A stretch of DNA of 64,000 bases from the human T2T-CHM13v2.0 reference genome, Homo sapiens: the NCBI RefSeq assembly GCF_009914755.1, contig NC_060937.1; one strand, given 5' to 3'. The notes beneath the pieces are model-generated. The model searched no databases. It was not told where the DNA came from and saw only the letters and a list, made by a program, of their open reading frames with translations. Positions within the stretch are counted from its first letter, which is position 1; each line of letters opens with the position of its first letter. Below are positions 42,477 through 57,855 of the stretch, piece after piece. Position numbers and translations under genes: made by a program.

Positions 42477-44489
42477 TCTGAGGTGTGTGTCCAAAGCGGG
42501 GGTCCTTAATGCTCTCAGTGCAGTGTGCCACCAAATGCATCCTCAAGGGTTTCCTCTCCATCCCAGCTACTCAGGGATAAACAAGGTGCCCTGACGGGAA
42601 ATGGGAAGTATATTAGCACTGCAGCCATCTCATGGTCTCTAACCACCTGACCAATTTCACTAAAATGTTAAATTTACACATCATATTAGGTCATGAATAC
42701 AGTATAAACACGAGCAGATAACAAGAAATGTGCAAATGTGAAATTCAATGCTGAAGTACTGCTAGAAATTATATCAGAACCACCCTTCAAAAATAAATGT
42801 TTTCAAGTTTAATTGAATAATACTAATAGTTAATATCTAATATATTGAAATCAGCTGTGTAAATAGTGTGACATGAATTTTGCATCTATATCATCTACAA
42901 GATTTTTGAAGTTTTATTCTAAGGGTAGGGAGTCCATTTTGGATTTGTTTATGCTTTTCAAAAATATAATCAAACCATGTGAATCTTTTTAAAGAAACAA
43001 AAGTTCGCATGAGCACCACATCTCAAAGACAGAAAAAAAAAATCAGTCATTTAAGAACTGTAAAGCCCATTGTGTTAACTCCCCTTATCAAAAGGGGAAA
43101 AAGAGCTACAGTAGCTGGCTCATTGTATTGAGTCATTCCTGGATCAGTTAAGCCTGCAAGTTGGGTTAAGTTTAAATGGAGCCTTGTAGCAAAGCCAGAG
43201 ACGAAGAATGATGCAGATCCTGTGTAAGCTAATAAAAGAGTCTCCATGAATAGCCTTATTGTAATCCTGTCATGCAGATTCTCCCTTGAAATTCTATGCC
43301 TTTCTTCAGATCATTTGATTATCAAAGAGGCAAGAAAACCTGAACCAGAGGAAACTCAAATCTGTTACAATTATGTAAGAGTTTTTAATGGCACATTTGC
43401 TTGAAGTTTTGTTGCTGTAGTTGTTGCTGTTTTTAAGAGTGACCCAATTGTGTTGGATGTGCTGGGCTGGGGTTATAAGGATGCTGTCCATGTCACAACT
43501 GAGTTTATTTCCTTGCTATTATTCATTCAGATACCCCTGGTCTGAAAAAGGGAGTCTGACAAATTTATCAGCACCTTCCTCACTTGCAGTTGGTTACAAA
43601 GCTCAGAGAAGCTGCAGTCATTCTCTTTGCCCTAAAGGGACTGGGAGGACAGGCAGGGAAGAATGTCAGTGAGACAGCTGAGAAGGCACCTGCACTCCCT
43701 CTCCAACCCAGAGAGATGCAACCCATGCACTCTCAACTCTGTCTTTCAGGGGCCCTTTCTAGAGACAGGCACCAAATGTGAAGCACTAGCAAAAATTCTA
43801 CCACTACTAAAGGTAATCAGCTTGACTTTGCTTAATTAAAGGTTGACAGCATCTTTCAAAGCACTGACTTTTGTTTGTTTGGGTTTTGTTTGTTTTGAGG
43901 CAGGGGAGGGAGACACAACTCATGACAAATAATATTCTCATGCACAACCACCATCGGCATGCCCTGATTTTGACAAATAAAACTCTGGGGAGAGGTAAAG
44001 CACAATACAACTTCCTAGTTCTCACAACTGTTCTGTCAGAAGGATCACCCTCTTCCTTAGACTGATCACTGGCTCAGGCAGTATCAGCAGCTGACAGGTG
44101 AGGCAGAGTTTAGACACTGGTGTTTCCCTGCCTTTCCTGAAGGGAAGAAACGACATGATGCTATTCCAGGCATTACTTTTAGTGCTCTCTAACTTGTATT
44201 TTTAAAGTAAATCATTTATAAACTTCAGTGTTTTATGGTTAGTAAAAGTTACCTGTGTGGTTAATTCAACTCATTAGGGCCCTGATGTGGAAAACTGGCA
44301 CAGCCCCAGCAAGTCTGCTAACTGGACCACTCCCAGGGGAAGGGTGTGCTGGGTAAGTACTCACTTCTGAAGTTTAGCCACTTGCTTATGCAACATACAT
44401 TTTCCAAAACATACATTTTCATGGTGAAAAAAAAATTCTGTCAAGTTTGTTATTGTTGTTTTTAAATCCACCCAGGCATTTTATTATTT

Positions 44490-44792
44490 TTATTTTTTGT
44501 TTTTATTTTTTGAGATGGAGTCTCACTCTGTTGCCCAGGCTGGAGTACAATGGCATGATCTCAGCTCACTGCAACTTCCATCTCCTATGTCAAGCGAGTC
44601 TCCTGCCTCAGCCTTCCAAGTAGCTGGGACTACAGGCCTGCACCACCACACCCGGCTAATTTTTGTATTTTTAGTAGAGACAGGGCTTCATCATGTTGGC
44701 CAAGCTAGTCTCGAACTCCTGACCTCAGGTGATCTGCCCACCTCAGCCTCCCAAAGTGCTGGGATTACAGGTGTAAGCCACCACACCTGGCC
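44490..44792 (-). mobile_element. AluS element
   Basis: Reverse Alu consensus; TSD acccaggcatttt. Confidence 0.92.
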
Positions 44793-45799
44793 AACCCAGG
44801 CATTTTAAATAGGCATCCTGTTGCTAGAAAATCTGTATTGGCTAGTGCAAGATATCTGGAAGCAGCTTTCAACGTGCTTTACAGAAAGAAAAAACAAATT
44901 AGAAGACTTCAATACTTAGAGTACTTTACATGCAAAGAAGATCTATTAGATAATTTTAAGAGGAAAAGACATGGTAAGAAAGGAAATATGAATTAGAATC
45001 CTACTGCAATCATAGCAAAAGGAAATCCACTCTCAGGCTGAAGATGGAGGCGTTCTACATTATAAACTCTGTTAGCACTAGTTACATCTCTGGCTTTAAT
45101 CTGCCTAATTAACACCCCAGTTTCTCTTCACCATTTCTCCCAGGAGTACAATCTTTAAAATCTGTCAGATTAATAGACTGCTGTGACAACACTTTTTAGG
45201 AGGTGGACACCATAATTATTTACATTTTTAAAAAAAGAATCTTTTTGCTCTAGAATAAATAATGTGTTAAGTAAAAGGGGAAAGAGCACATCTATTTTCA
45301 ACATTACAGGCAACTAACTGCACTATGCTCTAACCAGGAGCTTGTTTTTTCCTTAAAAATCAAAATAAAGGGTTTAATTTTTAATTAAATAAAAGCATAT
45401 TACCAATCCTAAACAGTTCTGCCATAATTGAGAAGAAATTATACCCAATCAAGAGAGATCTTTCCAAAGTAAAAATCAGTGTAGACTGAGTTTAAGAATG
45501 TGACTTCCTGGGGCTTAGGTGTTCCAGTTACAAGGATTATTGTTGTTTGCTTTAAAGAGCAGTCCTTTCTCCAGGTGACCGCAGAGAACCCAGAGGGGGC
45601 CACCGTGGCACAGGCATCGGTTGCTGTCCTGATTATGTGTCTGTCCCATCCTCATTCCAATGATGTTTTTGTACCGTTTGTGAAATCATTTCTTTAGAAT
45701 TGTGTTAAAATGCTTGACATGAAAAAATAATACAACTGAAAATATTCCATTTAATCCTGCAATTATATAGTTTTACTGCATTTCTAGTATTTCTCATAA

Positions 45800-46104
<305 letters not shown>

Positions 46105-47192
46105 TGTAACAAATCCTTTTTTATTTTTAACAAAGTGCTGGGAATAGCACGAAACATAAAATTGGAGACCCTTTAAGTAAAGAGTGAGTTTTAAAGAAGA
46201 AAAATGGAACATAAAAAAGTTTATGTGAAGGACATCAGTAACTCACAGTAGCATTTTCATTTTTGAAAATTCAGGTTTATTTCCAAGATCCAGGTAGTGG
46301 GGAACCCAGAGATATAAGGCTTACACTTGGCACCACTTTTACCTATGAGGTAACTGTTTATTTCAAAAGCACAGACAAAATGGCTAAAATGACAAGCAGA
46401 GTTTTTAACATACTCAGAGTGCTGGGGGAAATGTTGGCATTCAGGGCCTGGTAACTGCCCCAGGCTTCCAGTTGGAACCCTCAAGGGCTATATCCCTTGA
46501 GCATCCCTTATACCAGGAATAATAGTAACAACAGACCAGTCTTCACAAGGACTGAAACTTGGTCTCAATTTATCTCAATCCACAATTAAGTTAGGGAGAT
46601 ATGCTCCTAGTCTACCTGCCTTCTAGTGAAGCTTCTCTGGAGCATGATAATATCAACCAGAGCCCTAGTTTTTCATAAGCAATGTCTCATACTCAAACAA
46701 ATAGACAATATTAGGGAAGACCTGAATGAAAACCAAGAGAGAAAACAGACTTTAGAAATAGACCCTTAGGGCATTCACATAATGGTGGTATCAGACATAA
46801 ATTGTGAAATAACTATAATTAAGATGTTTAAGAAACTAAAAGGATATTAAACAATTTCAGCATAAAGTAAAACTATGACAAAAATCAAATGGAAAGTCAA
46901 CAACTAAATAATAAAAATTAGCTGGCTTATCATAAGAGAATCAAGGAATTTCCTGGCATGGTTGTTGGGTTTAACAATGGACAGATGTGTGGATATTATT
47001 AACCAGCCCAGTTGGTTCTGTCTTCAAGCTGGCTTCCTACAGATCTTTACCTAGCCAAGAATACCACTTAAATTAATGCAATGGTGAGACACACATAACT
47101 ATACACTAAGCTGCTTTAAAGCTAAGCACAGTATACAAGATTAGAATGGGCACTACTTTACTTATTTTAAAACCCAAAATAGTTTTCAGTAG

Positions 47193-47521
<329 letters not shown>

Positions 47522-49966
47522 TAGTGGACTAGTTTGAATGACATACATAGCTGGGTAAAAAAAGGAAAAGGCCCCCACTGATTGGTACTCTGACTGTCCT
47601 TGCATGCTTTTGAATGAAGAGGGATTATTCTTTGTTGAGGGATTGAGCCTTCCCCATTGAGCAGAATGGGAGAACTAGCCAGACCAGAGAATCAGCTGAT
47701 GACCAATAGGGTGACAAAAGCTGCTGTCAGCTCATTCTCACACCTAGGCTCTCCATTCTTAAAATAGGACTTATCTCCCTTTTAATTTAAGACCTGTGAC
47801 TCACCTCTAGAATTTTTTTTGTTTTTTAAATCAAGAAGGACTGCAATTTTGTTAATCTCGAGGCTCTAATTATGCCTGTTGGTAGAGTGTGTGTTTTTAT
47901 TAATGACTTACCAAGATGATTTTTGCATTGACTAGAGCCTTTAATTTGGGGATAGTGCTTCAGAGACACTTCAAAATCTTCATTGTGGCTACTAAGAACT
48001 GAAAAAGAAAAGAGCCCTTCATTTGTGGTGAAACCACTTTATAATCTAGTTGGAATTTTTTGTTAGCAATTATTTAAGTTTATACATATGCCAGAAAGAT
48101 TTAACCAGCAGCTGAAATGTTCTAGTCCATGCTGCAACAGCTTTTGGAGCTGCACACAGATTAACAGAATTACTTCTGGCACAGGGCAGCTGACAGGCAA
48201 TCCTACCAGTAGATGATGAGGCTCACTGATTTCCCAATCCACTTAGGACTACTATCATAAATTTCTTAAAGTTCAAATGTCCACAGGAAAAATCTAAGGG
48301 AAATAATCAGGACCAACAGAGTTTCTTTGTGACATCAAGAGCAACCCAACATCTGATTCATTCAATATATGATACAAATACAGTTTAATTCACTGAAGTG
48401 ACTAGAGACAATAGCACACAAACTCCCATTATTGAAAACTCATAGTATTTGGGGAAAGAGAACAGAAATAAAAACCTTTATCCCTGGGGGAGAGGCAGGA
48501 AAAGATGCTGCTCCCCCTCGCCCCTACCCCAGGGAGAGCCAGGAGCACTGAGTAGGTCCGACCCCCAAGTTGCAGGGACACAGTGCCTCCTACTACTAAA
48601 TCAGAGCCCTTCCACCACCCCCCCTCCCTAGGCTGACAAGTATTAGGTAAAAAGTAACAGAATAATACTTCTGGGAGAGAGACAGAATGAGAACATGGAA
48701 AGAGATCCTCTATGAGGGAAGTGCAAAGGGAAAACTGAAAGCTAAAGGTGGAGCAAGTACTAAGGAGGAAAAAAAACCCCACAAAACCCTCTGGCCAACC
48801 AGTCCTCATCTTAAATACAAGGCATTACTAGAGGAACTTGAAACCTTTAATGCACTAAGGATAACCATAACAACTGCAAACCTTATACCTTGCTCAATTC
48901 CCAACTAAATTAATTCAAATGCCCACAATGAAAGCAGAGCAGAAGAAAATGCTTGCCAATTCACAGACATAAAAACTGTTTGCCTCAGTATCTACTCTCC
49001 TATTCAGGTATCTGACTTTCAAAAACAAAAAATCACGAGGTATACAAAAAAGCAGGAGAAAAACAACACACACCCGAGAAAGTGATCTTTCAAAAGATCT
49101 ATATGACTCTGATATTGGAAAAATCTGACAGTAAATTTAAAATAGCTATGATTAATATCTAATGAAAACTCTAGACAACATGCAACATCGTATGGGTAAT
49201 TTCAGCAGAGAATCAAAGAGAATGCTAAAACTGAAAAACAAAGTAACAGAGATGAAGAATGTCTTTGGTTCATCAGTAGACTCAACACAGCTGAGGAAAG
49301 AATCTTTGAACTTAAAGGCTAGTCAACGGAAATCAGACAAAATGAAAAACAAAGAGCAAGGAGACTGAGAATAATAAACAGAGCATCCAAGACTTCCAGT
49401 GAAAGTATCAAATAATCTAACATATGTGTAATTGGGACCTCAGAAGTAAAAGAAACGGAATAGGACAGAAGAAAAATTAAAAGAAATGATAGCTAAGAAT
49501 ATTCCAAAACTAATGAGAGTAACCAAATTCCATATCCAAGAAGGTCAGAGAACACAAAGCAGAATATACACCTCTCCCTTCCAAAAAGTTTCTAGGTACC
49601 TAGGTATACCATATTCAAATTGCTGAAAACAGAAGACAAAGAGAAATATTGAAAGCAGTAAGAGGAAAAAGTCACATTATATACATAAAAGCAGAGGTAA
49701 GGTTTAATACAGACCTTTTGTTAGAGTTAATGCAAGATAGAAGACAATGCAATGACATTTTTTAAGTGCTGAAAGAAAAAAAACTATCAACTTAGAATTC
49801 TATACCCAGCAAAAATGTCTTTCACAAATGGAGCAGAAATTAAAACTATTCTGAGAGAAACAACTTATGGAATTCATTTTCAGCAGACCTAATCAATCTA
49901 CAATAATTTTTAAAAGAAAGTCTTCAGGTAGAAGAAAACGTGATATCAGACAGAAAATTGGATCTA

Positions 49967-50308
<342 letters not shown>

Positions 50309-50684
50309 TCAATTGCTCTAAAACATACCAAAATACTCAAAGCAAAAATAGCAGCAATGCATTGTAAATGCACATGTAAAAGTAAATGGACAACAATGGC
50401 ACAAAGAATGTGAAGCAGTCTAATATTAGAAGGTGGCCTCTGATTAACTAAAGATGTATGCTTTAAATCCTATGGTTATTACTAAAGTTTTAAAAAAGAT
50501 GTATAAATAATGAATCAATAGTGAAGATAAAATAGAACCATAAAAATGTTCCATTAACACAAAAGCAGAAAAAAGAAATAAAGAGCAGATGGAACAAATA
50601 GAAAACAGCTGCTACATTTTTAGCCACCTGTATGAATAATCACATTAGATGTAAATGATTTAAACACATCAAATAGAAGACAGA

Positions 50685-53305
50685 TTGGAAGTTCTAGCCA
50701 GAGCAATCCAGGAAGAAAAAAAAAAGGCATCCAAATAGGAAAAGAAGTAATCGAATTTATTCACTGATGATATTCTTCTATACCTAGAAAACCCTGAAGA
50801 CTCCATCAAAAGGCTCCTGAAACTGATAAATGACTTCAATAAAGTTTCAAGATACAAAATCAATGTACAAAAATCAGCAGCATTTTTATACACCAATAAT
50901 CTTCAAGCTGAGAGCCAAATTAAGGACACAATCCCATTTACAATAGCCACCAAAAACCTAAAATATCTAGGAATACTTCTAACCAAGGAGGTGAAAGATC
51001 TCTATAAGGAGAACTAAAAAACACTGCCACAAGAAATCACAGATAACACAAAAAAATGAAAAAGTATTCCATGCTTATGGATTGGAAGAATTAATATTGT
51101 TAACATGGCCATACTGCCCAAAACATCTACAGATTCAATGCTATCCCTACCAAACTATCAACATCATTTTTTACAGAACTTGAAAAAACTATTCTAAAAT
51201 TCATATGGAACCAAAATCGAGCCTGAACAAAAATCGAGCCTAAGCAAAAAGAACAAAGCTGAAGGCATCATATTATCTGACTTCAAATTATACTATAAGG
51301 CTACAGTAACCAAACAGCATGATATTGATACAAAAACAGATGCACAGACCAACTGAACAGAATAAAGAACCCAGAAATAAAGCTTCATCCCTACAACGAT
51401 TGGATCATCAACAAAGTCAACAAAAATAAGCAGTGAAGAAAGGACTCCTTATTCAATAAATGGTGCTGGGATAGCTGACTAGCCATATGCAGAAGAATGG
51501 AACTAAACACCTACCTTTCACCATATACAAAAATTAACTCAAGATAGACTAAAGATTTAAATATAAGACATAAAACTATGAGAATCCTAGAAAAAAAAAC
51601 TAGGAAACACCATTCTGAACATTAGCCTTTGGAAAGAATTTATGACTAAGTCAGGAAACAACAGGTGCTGGAGAGGATGTGGGGAAATAGGAACACTTTT
51701 ACACTGTTGGTGGGACTGTAAACTAGTTCAACCATTGTGGAAGACAGTGTGGCGATTCCTCAAGGATCTAGAACTAGAAATACCATTTGACCCAGCCATC
51801 CCATTACTGGATATATACCCAAAGGATTATAAATCATGCTGCTATCAAGACACATGCACACACATGTTCATTGTGGCACTATTCACAATAGCAAAGACTT
51901 GGAACCAACCCAAATGTCCATCAAGGATAGACTGGATTAAGAAAATGTGGCACATATACACCATGGAATACTATGCAGCCATAAAAAGGGATGAGTTCAT
52001 GTCCTTTGTAGGGACATGGATGAAGCTGGAAACCATCATTCTCAGCAAACTATCGCAAGGACAGAAAACCAAACACTGCACATTATCACTCATAGATGAG
52101 AACTGAACAATGAGAACACTTGGACACAGGGTGGGGAACATCACACACCGGGCCTGTCGAGGGGTGGGGGGACGGGGGAGGGATAGCATTAGGAGATATA
52201 CCTAATGTAAACGACGAGTTAATGGGTGCAGCACACCAACATGGCACATGTATACATATGTAACAAACCTGCACGTTGTGCACATGTATCCTAGAACTTA
52301 AAGTATAATTTAAAAATAATAATAATTAAAAAAAGGAATTTATGACTAAGTCCTCAAAAGCAATTGCAACAGAAACAAAAACTGACAAGTGGGACCTAAT
52401 TAAACTAAAGAGCTTCTGCATAGTAAAAGAAACTATCAACAGCATAAAAAGACAACCTATGGATTGGGAGAAAATATTCACAAATTATTCATTCAACAAA
52501 GTTCTAATATTCAGAATCTATAAGGAACTTAAACAATTGAACAAGCAACAAACAAAAGAAAACATGAAAAATGAGCAAAAGACATGAACAGATACTTCTC
52601 AAAAGACATACAAATAGCCAACAAACATGAAAAAATGCTCACATCACTAATGATCAGAGAAATGCAAATCAAAACCACAATGAGATACCATCTCACACCA
52701 GTCAAAGTGGCTATTACTAAAGTTGAAAAACAACAGATGCTGGCAAGGCTGCAGAGAAAAGGGAATGCTCATACACTGTTGGTAGGAAAGTAAATCAGTT
52801 CAGCCACTGTGGAAAGCAGTCTGGAGATTTCTCAAAGAACTTAAAACAGATCTACCATTTGACCCAGCAATCCCATTACTGGGTATCCAAAAGAAAACAA
52901 ATTGTTCTACCAGAAAGACAGATGCACTTGCACTTTCATCACAGTATTATTCATAATTGCAAAGACATGGAATCAACTTAGGTACCCATCAACACTGGAC
53001 TGGATAAAGAAAATGTGGTACATATAGCCCATGGAGGACTACGCAGCTGTTGAAAAAAAAGAAGAAAATCACATCATTTACAGAAACATGGCTGCAGCTG
53101 GAGGCCACTATCCCAAGAGAATTAACACAGGAACAGAAAACCAAATACCACATGTCCTCACTTATAAGTGGGAGCTAAACACTGGGTACTCATGGACATA
53201 AAGATGGCAACCACAGATACCAGGGACTACTAGAAGAGGAAGGGAGAGGGAGAGAGTTGAAAAACTATTAGCTACTATGCTTACTACCTGGGTGACAGGA
53301 TTAAA
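50685..53305 (+). mobile_element. L1PB-like 3' ~2 kb fragment nested in the older L1
   Basis: ORF2 3' half (ggaagttctagccagagcaatc...) through a 3'UTR (cacttataagtgggagctaaac...ctacctgggtgacagg). Confidence 0.85.
51653..52335 (+). mobile_element. 5'-truncated L1PA4/5-like element nested in L1PB
   Basis: ORF 51642..52106 is the ORF2 C-terminus; L1PA 3'UTR and tail; 17-bp TSD GAATTTATGACTAAGTC at 51636-51652 and 52336-52352. Confidence 0.93.
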
Positions 53306-53644
53306 CAAAAAGTAAAAAAGAGGCAGACCATCAGACCGAATTAAAAAAAAAAAAAAAAGCAAAACCCAACCCAACTCTAAACTATCTAGAAAAAAAAATC
53401 TACTTTAAATGTATGGACTTAGATAGGTCAAAAGTAAAAGAATGGAAAAATATTCTTTGCAAACACTAACTAAAGAAACCTGCTGTTGCTATATTAATAT
53501 CTCAAAAAGTAGACCTAAGAAACAAGAAATGTTATCAGAGAAAAAGAAGGGCATTACAATACACTAAACGGGTCAATTTTCCAAGAAGATACAACAACTC
53601 TATGTGTTTATGCACCTAACAACAGAGCTACAAAATACATGAAG

Positions 53645-53980
53645 TTGTTGGGGTTGCAGAAGATCAAGAAGCAGAGTACAGAGGATTTTTAGGGCTGTGA
53701 CAATACTGTGTATGATACTATATTGATGGATACATGTCAATATACATTTGTCAAAACCTGTAGGATGCATAATACCAAAAGTGAACTCTAATATAAACTA
53801 TGGACTTTGGGTGATTAATATGTGTCAATGTAGGTTCATCAACTGTAATAAATGTGCCATTCTGGTGGGAGTTGCTGATAATGGGGGAGGCTATACATGC
53901 GTAGGGGCAGAGGCTTTATGGGAAATCTCTGTCCCTTCTTCTTAATTTTCCTGTGGAACTAAAGCTGCTCTAAAAAAGTG
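53645..53980 (+). mobile_element. L1MC-type 3' end nested in the older L1
   Basis: gaggatttttagggc...aactatggactttggg...gggaaatctctgt...gctgctctaaaaaa. Confidence 0.7.
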
Positions 53981-55251
53981 TTATATTGGATTTAACATAT
54001 TTTGGGTATTAAATACAATTTCTAAAATGTTTAAATTTAGATGAATTTTAAAATTAGTTTTTTCTAATTTCATAATGTAAAAACAGAATTGAAAGGAGAA
54101 ATAAACAAATCCACGATTACTGCTGGAGACCTCAATAACTTTCTTTCTCAGAACAAGATTTAAAAATCAATAAGATTATAGCAGAGCTGAATAACATTAT
54201 CAACCAACTTGATCTACTTGACATTCAGAGACCTCTCCACCCAAGAGTAGAATGCCTGACTTTTCCAAGTTCACATGTAATATTTACCAAGACAGATTAT
54301 AGTCTGGCCATGAAACAAAACTTAAAAGAATAGAAATCAAACAAAGTATGTTCTCTGGCCATAATTGAATTGAAGTGGAAGTCTATGAGAAAAGAATATC
54401 TAGGAAATCCCCAAATATGTGGAAATTAACCAAGACACTTCCAAATAATCTACAGTCAAGGTGAAATTCTCATGGGAAATTAGAATATTTTGAATATTTT
54501 GAAATATTGTAATATATTTGAATATTTTGAAATATTCTAATATATTTGAATATTTTGAAAATGAAAACACAATATATTAAATCATTGGATTCAACTAAAG
54601 CAATGCTGAGAGGAAAATGTATAGCATTATATATTTACATTAATAAAGAAGAATATCTCAAATCGTTAATCCAACCCTCTATCTTCAGAAACTGAAAAAA
54701 AGCAAATTAAATACAAAGAAAGGAAGAAGAAAACAATAAAAGTAAAAGCAGAAATCAATGAAATTGAAAACAGAAAAACAACAGAAACAAATCAATGAAA
54801 TCAAATCTGGTTTCTTAGGGAAAAAACAGTAACACTGACAAACTTCAAGGCAGACTGACCAATAAAAAGAGAGAAGACACAAATTGCCAATATGAAGAAC
54901 GAAAGAGGGGACATCACTGCCAGTCCTATAGTCATTAAAAGAATAATAAAGCAATATTATGAATAATTATTTATGCCAAGAAATCCTACAACTTAGAACA
55001 AATGGACTGATTACTTGAAAGACACAAACTGCCAAAACTCACTTAAGAAATAATAGAAAACCTCATTAGTCTATTTATAGGAAAGTAATTAAATTTGTAG
55101 TTCAAAATCTATCAACACAGAAAACTCCAGGCCCAGGGTTTGCCACATTCAGCCAAACATTTAAAGAACTACTGCCAATCTTTACAATCTCTTTCAGAAA
55201 ATAAAGAAGAAACATTTCCCAACTCATTCTATGAAGGCAGAATCACCGTAA

Positions 55252-55810
<559 letters not shown>

Positions 55811-56390
55811 CATTCATGATATTTTTTAAAACTCTCAGCAATCTAGGAATAGATGGGAATCCCTTTAACATGATGAAAGGTAGCTATTATTCCTATGCTA
55901 ACATCACACTTAATGGTGAAAAATTCAAGGCTTTCCTCCTTAACATTGGGAATAAGGCAAGCTGTCTCACTCTGTCGCCCAGGCTGGACAGATTCTATTC
56001 CGGAATAGAATTTTATTCCACATCATATTGATGTCCTAGCCAGTGCAATAAGGCAAGAGAAAGATATAAAAAGCATATAGATTGAAAATGAAACTGTCTC
56101 TATTCACATAAGACATAAATGCCTACATAGAAAATCCCAAAGAATCTATGAAGAAGTCCAAGGACTAGTGAGCTCAGCAAGATTGCAGGATACAGGTCAA
56201 TATAAAAAAATTGTATTTCTACACAGTAGCAATTAATAATGGAAATTCAAAAAAAATGTTAAATACCATTCACAATAGCACACATACACAAGAATTACTT
56301 AGGCATAAATCTAAAAAAATGCCTTAAATATGCAGGAAACCATGAAATGCTGATGAAATAAGTCAAAGGAGGCCTACATAAAGTGGAGAG

Positions 56391-56837
56391 CTACACCATA
56401 ATCATGAATTGGAAAACTCAAGCTACATCATAATCATGAATTGGAAAACTCAAGCTACACCATAATCATGAATTGGAAAACTCAAGTTATACCATAATCA
56501 TGAATTGGAAAACTCAAGCTACATCATAATCATGAATTGGAAAACTCAAGCTATACCATAATCATGAATTGGAAAACTCAAGCTACATCATAATCATGAA
56601 TTGGAAAACTCAAGCTATACCATAATCATGAATTGGAAAACTCAAGCTATACCATAATCATGAATTGGAAAACTCAAGCTACATCATAATCATGAATTGG
56701 AAAACTCAAGCTACACCATAATCATGAATTAGAAAACTCAAGCTATACCATAATCATGAATTGGAAAACTCAAGCTATACCATAATCATGAATTGGAAAA
56801 CTCAAGCTATACCATAATCATGAATTGGAAGACTCAA
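56391..56837. repeat. 32-bp minisatellite, 14 copies (CTAYAYCATAATCATGAATTGGAAAACTCAAG)
   Basis: Units counted directly. No spacers; both flanks are collinear L1 ORF2. Confidence 0.97.
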
Positions 56838-57380
56838 TACTGTTAACACATCAGTTCTCCTGAACTTGATGTACTGATTCACTGAAACCCCAATAGAAAT
56901 CCCAGAAGTTTATTTTGTAGATATCAACAAACTGATTCTAAGATATGGAAGGCAAAGGAGTCAGAATAGCCAAAACCATTTTGCAAAAGTAGTTGGATGA
57001 CATAGTATCTAATTTCAAGGCTTAATATAAAGCTATAGTAATTAAGAGAAAGTAATATGGGCACATACTGTTACACTGACACATGGATCAATATTATATA
57101 AAGAGAGCCCAGCGATAGATCCATACAAATCTAAGCAGCTGATTTCTTAGAAAGATACAAAGATAAGTCAATGGGGAAAAGATAGGGTTCAACAAATGGT
57201 GCTGGACAACTGGGTTTTCACATGCAAAGAAATGTAACTTAGTATATACCTTATATTTTCCATGAAATTAATTCAGGTGGATCATAGCCATACATGTACA
57301 ATTTTAAACTATAAATGTTCTAAAATAGAAAATCTGTGAGGCCTTGGGTTAGGCAAAAAATTTTAAGAAATAATACAATG

Positions 57381-57666
57381 ACCGGATGCAGTGGCTCACA
57401 CCTGTAATCCCAGAACTTTGAGAGGCCGAGGCGGGCGTATCACCTGAAGTCAGGAGTTTGAGACAAGCCTGGGCAACATGACAAAACCCTGTCTCTACTA
57501 GAAATACAAAAATTAGCTGGGGTTGTGGCACAAGCCTGTAATCCCAGCTACTCAAGAGGCTGAGGCACCAGAATCTCACTTGAACCTGGGAGGTGGAGGC
57601 TGCAGTGAGCCAAGATTCCACCACTGCACTCCATCCTGGGTGACAGAGTGAGACTCCGTCTCAAAA

Positions 57667-57697
<31 letters not shown>

Positions 57698-57700
57698 GAG
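57381..57700 (+). mobile_element. AluS element followed by an Alu monomer fragment (57703-57780)
   Basis: Alu consensus and A-tail. Confidence 0.92.
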
Positions 57701-57774
57701 AAGCGAGGCAGGAGGATTGCTTGAGCCCAGGAGTTCCAGGCTGCAGTGAGCTATGATCTGTACTCAGGCCTGGG

Positions 57775-57855
57775 CAAGACCACGATTCTTAAAACACACA
57801 CACACACACACAAGACCACGATTCTTAAAACACACACACACACACACACACACAC
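57775..57855. repeat. Compound (CA)n microsatellite with duplicated 20-bp flank
   Basis: CAAGACCACGATTCTTAAAA(CA)n occurs twice in tandem. Confidence 0.95.

Noticed and set aside
54483-54560. AT-rich GAATATTTT repeat
   Set aside because: Ordinary slippage expansion within old L1; no further structure.
56391-56837. CRISPR-like array of 32-bp repeats
   Set aside because: Units are head-to-tail with no unique spacers, derive from the flanking L1, and there are no cas genes; the DNA is human.
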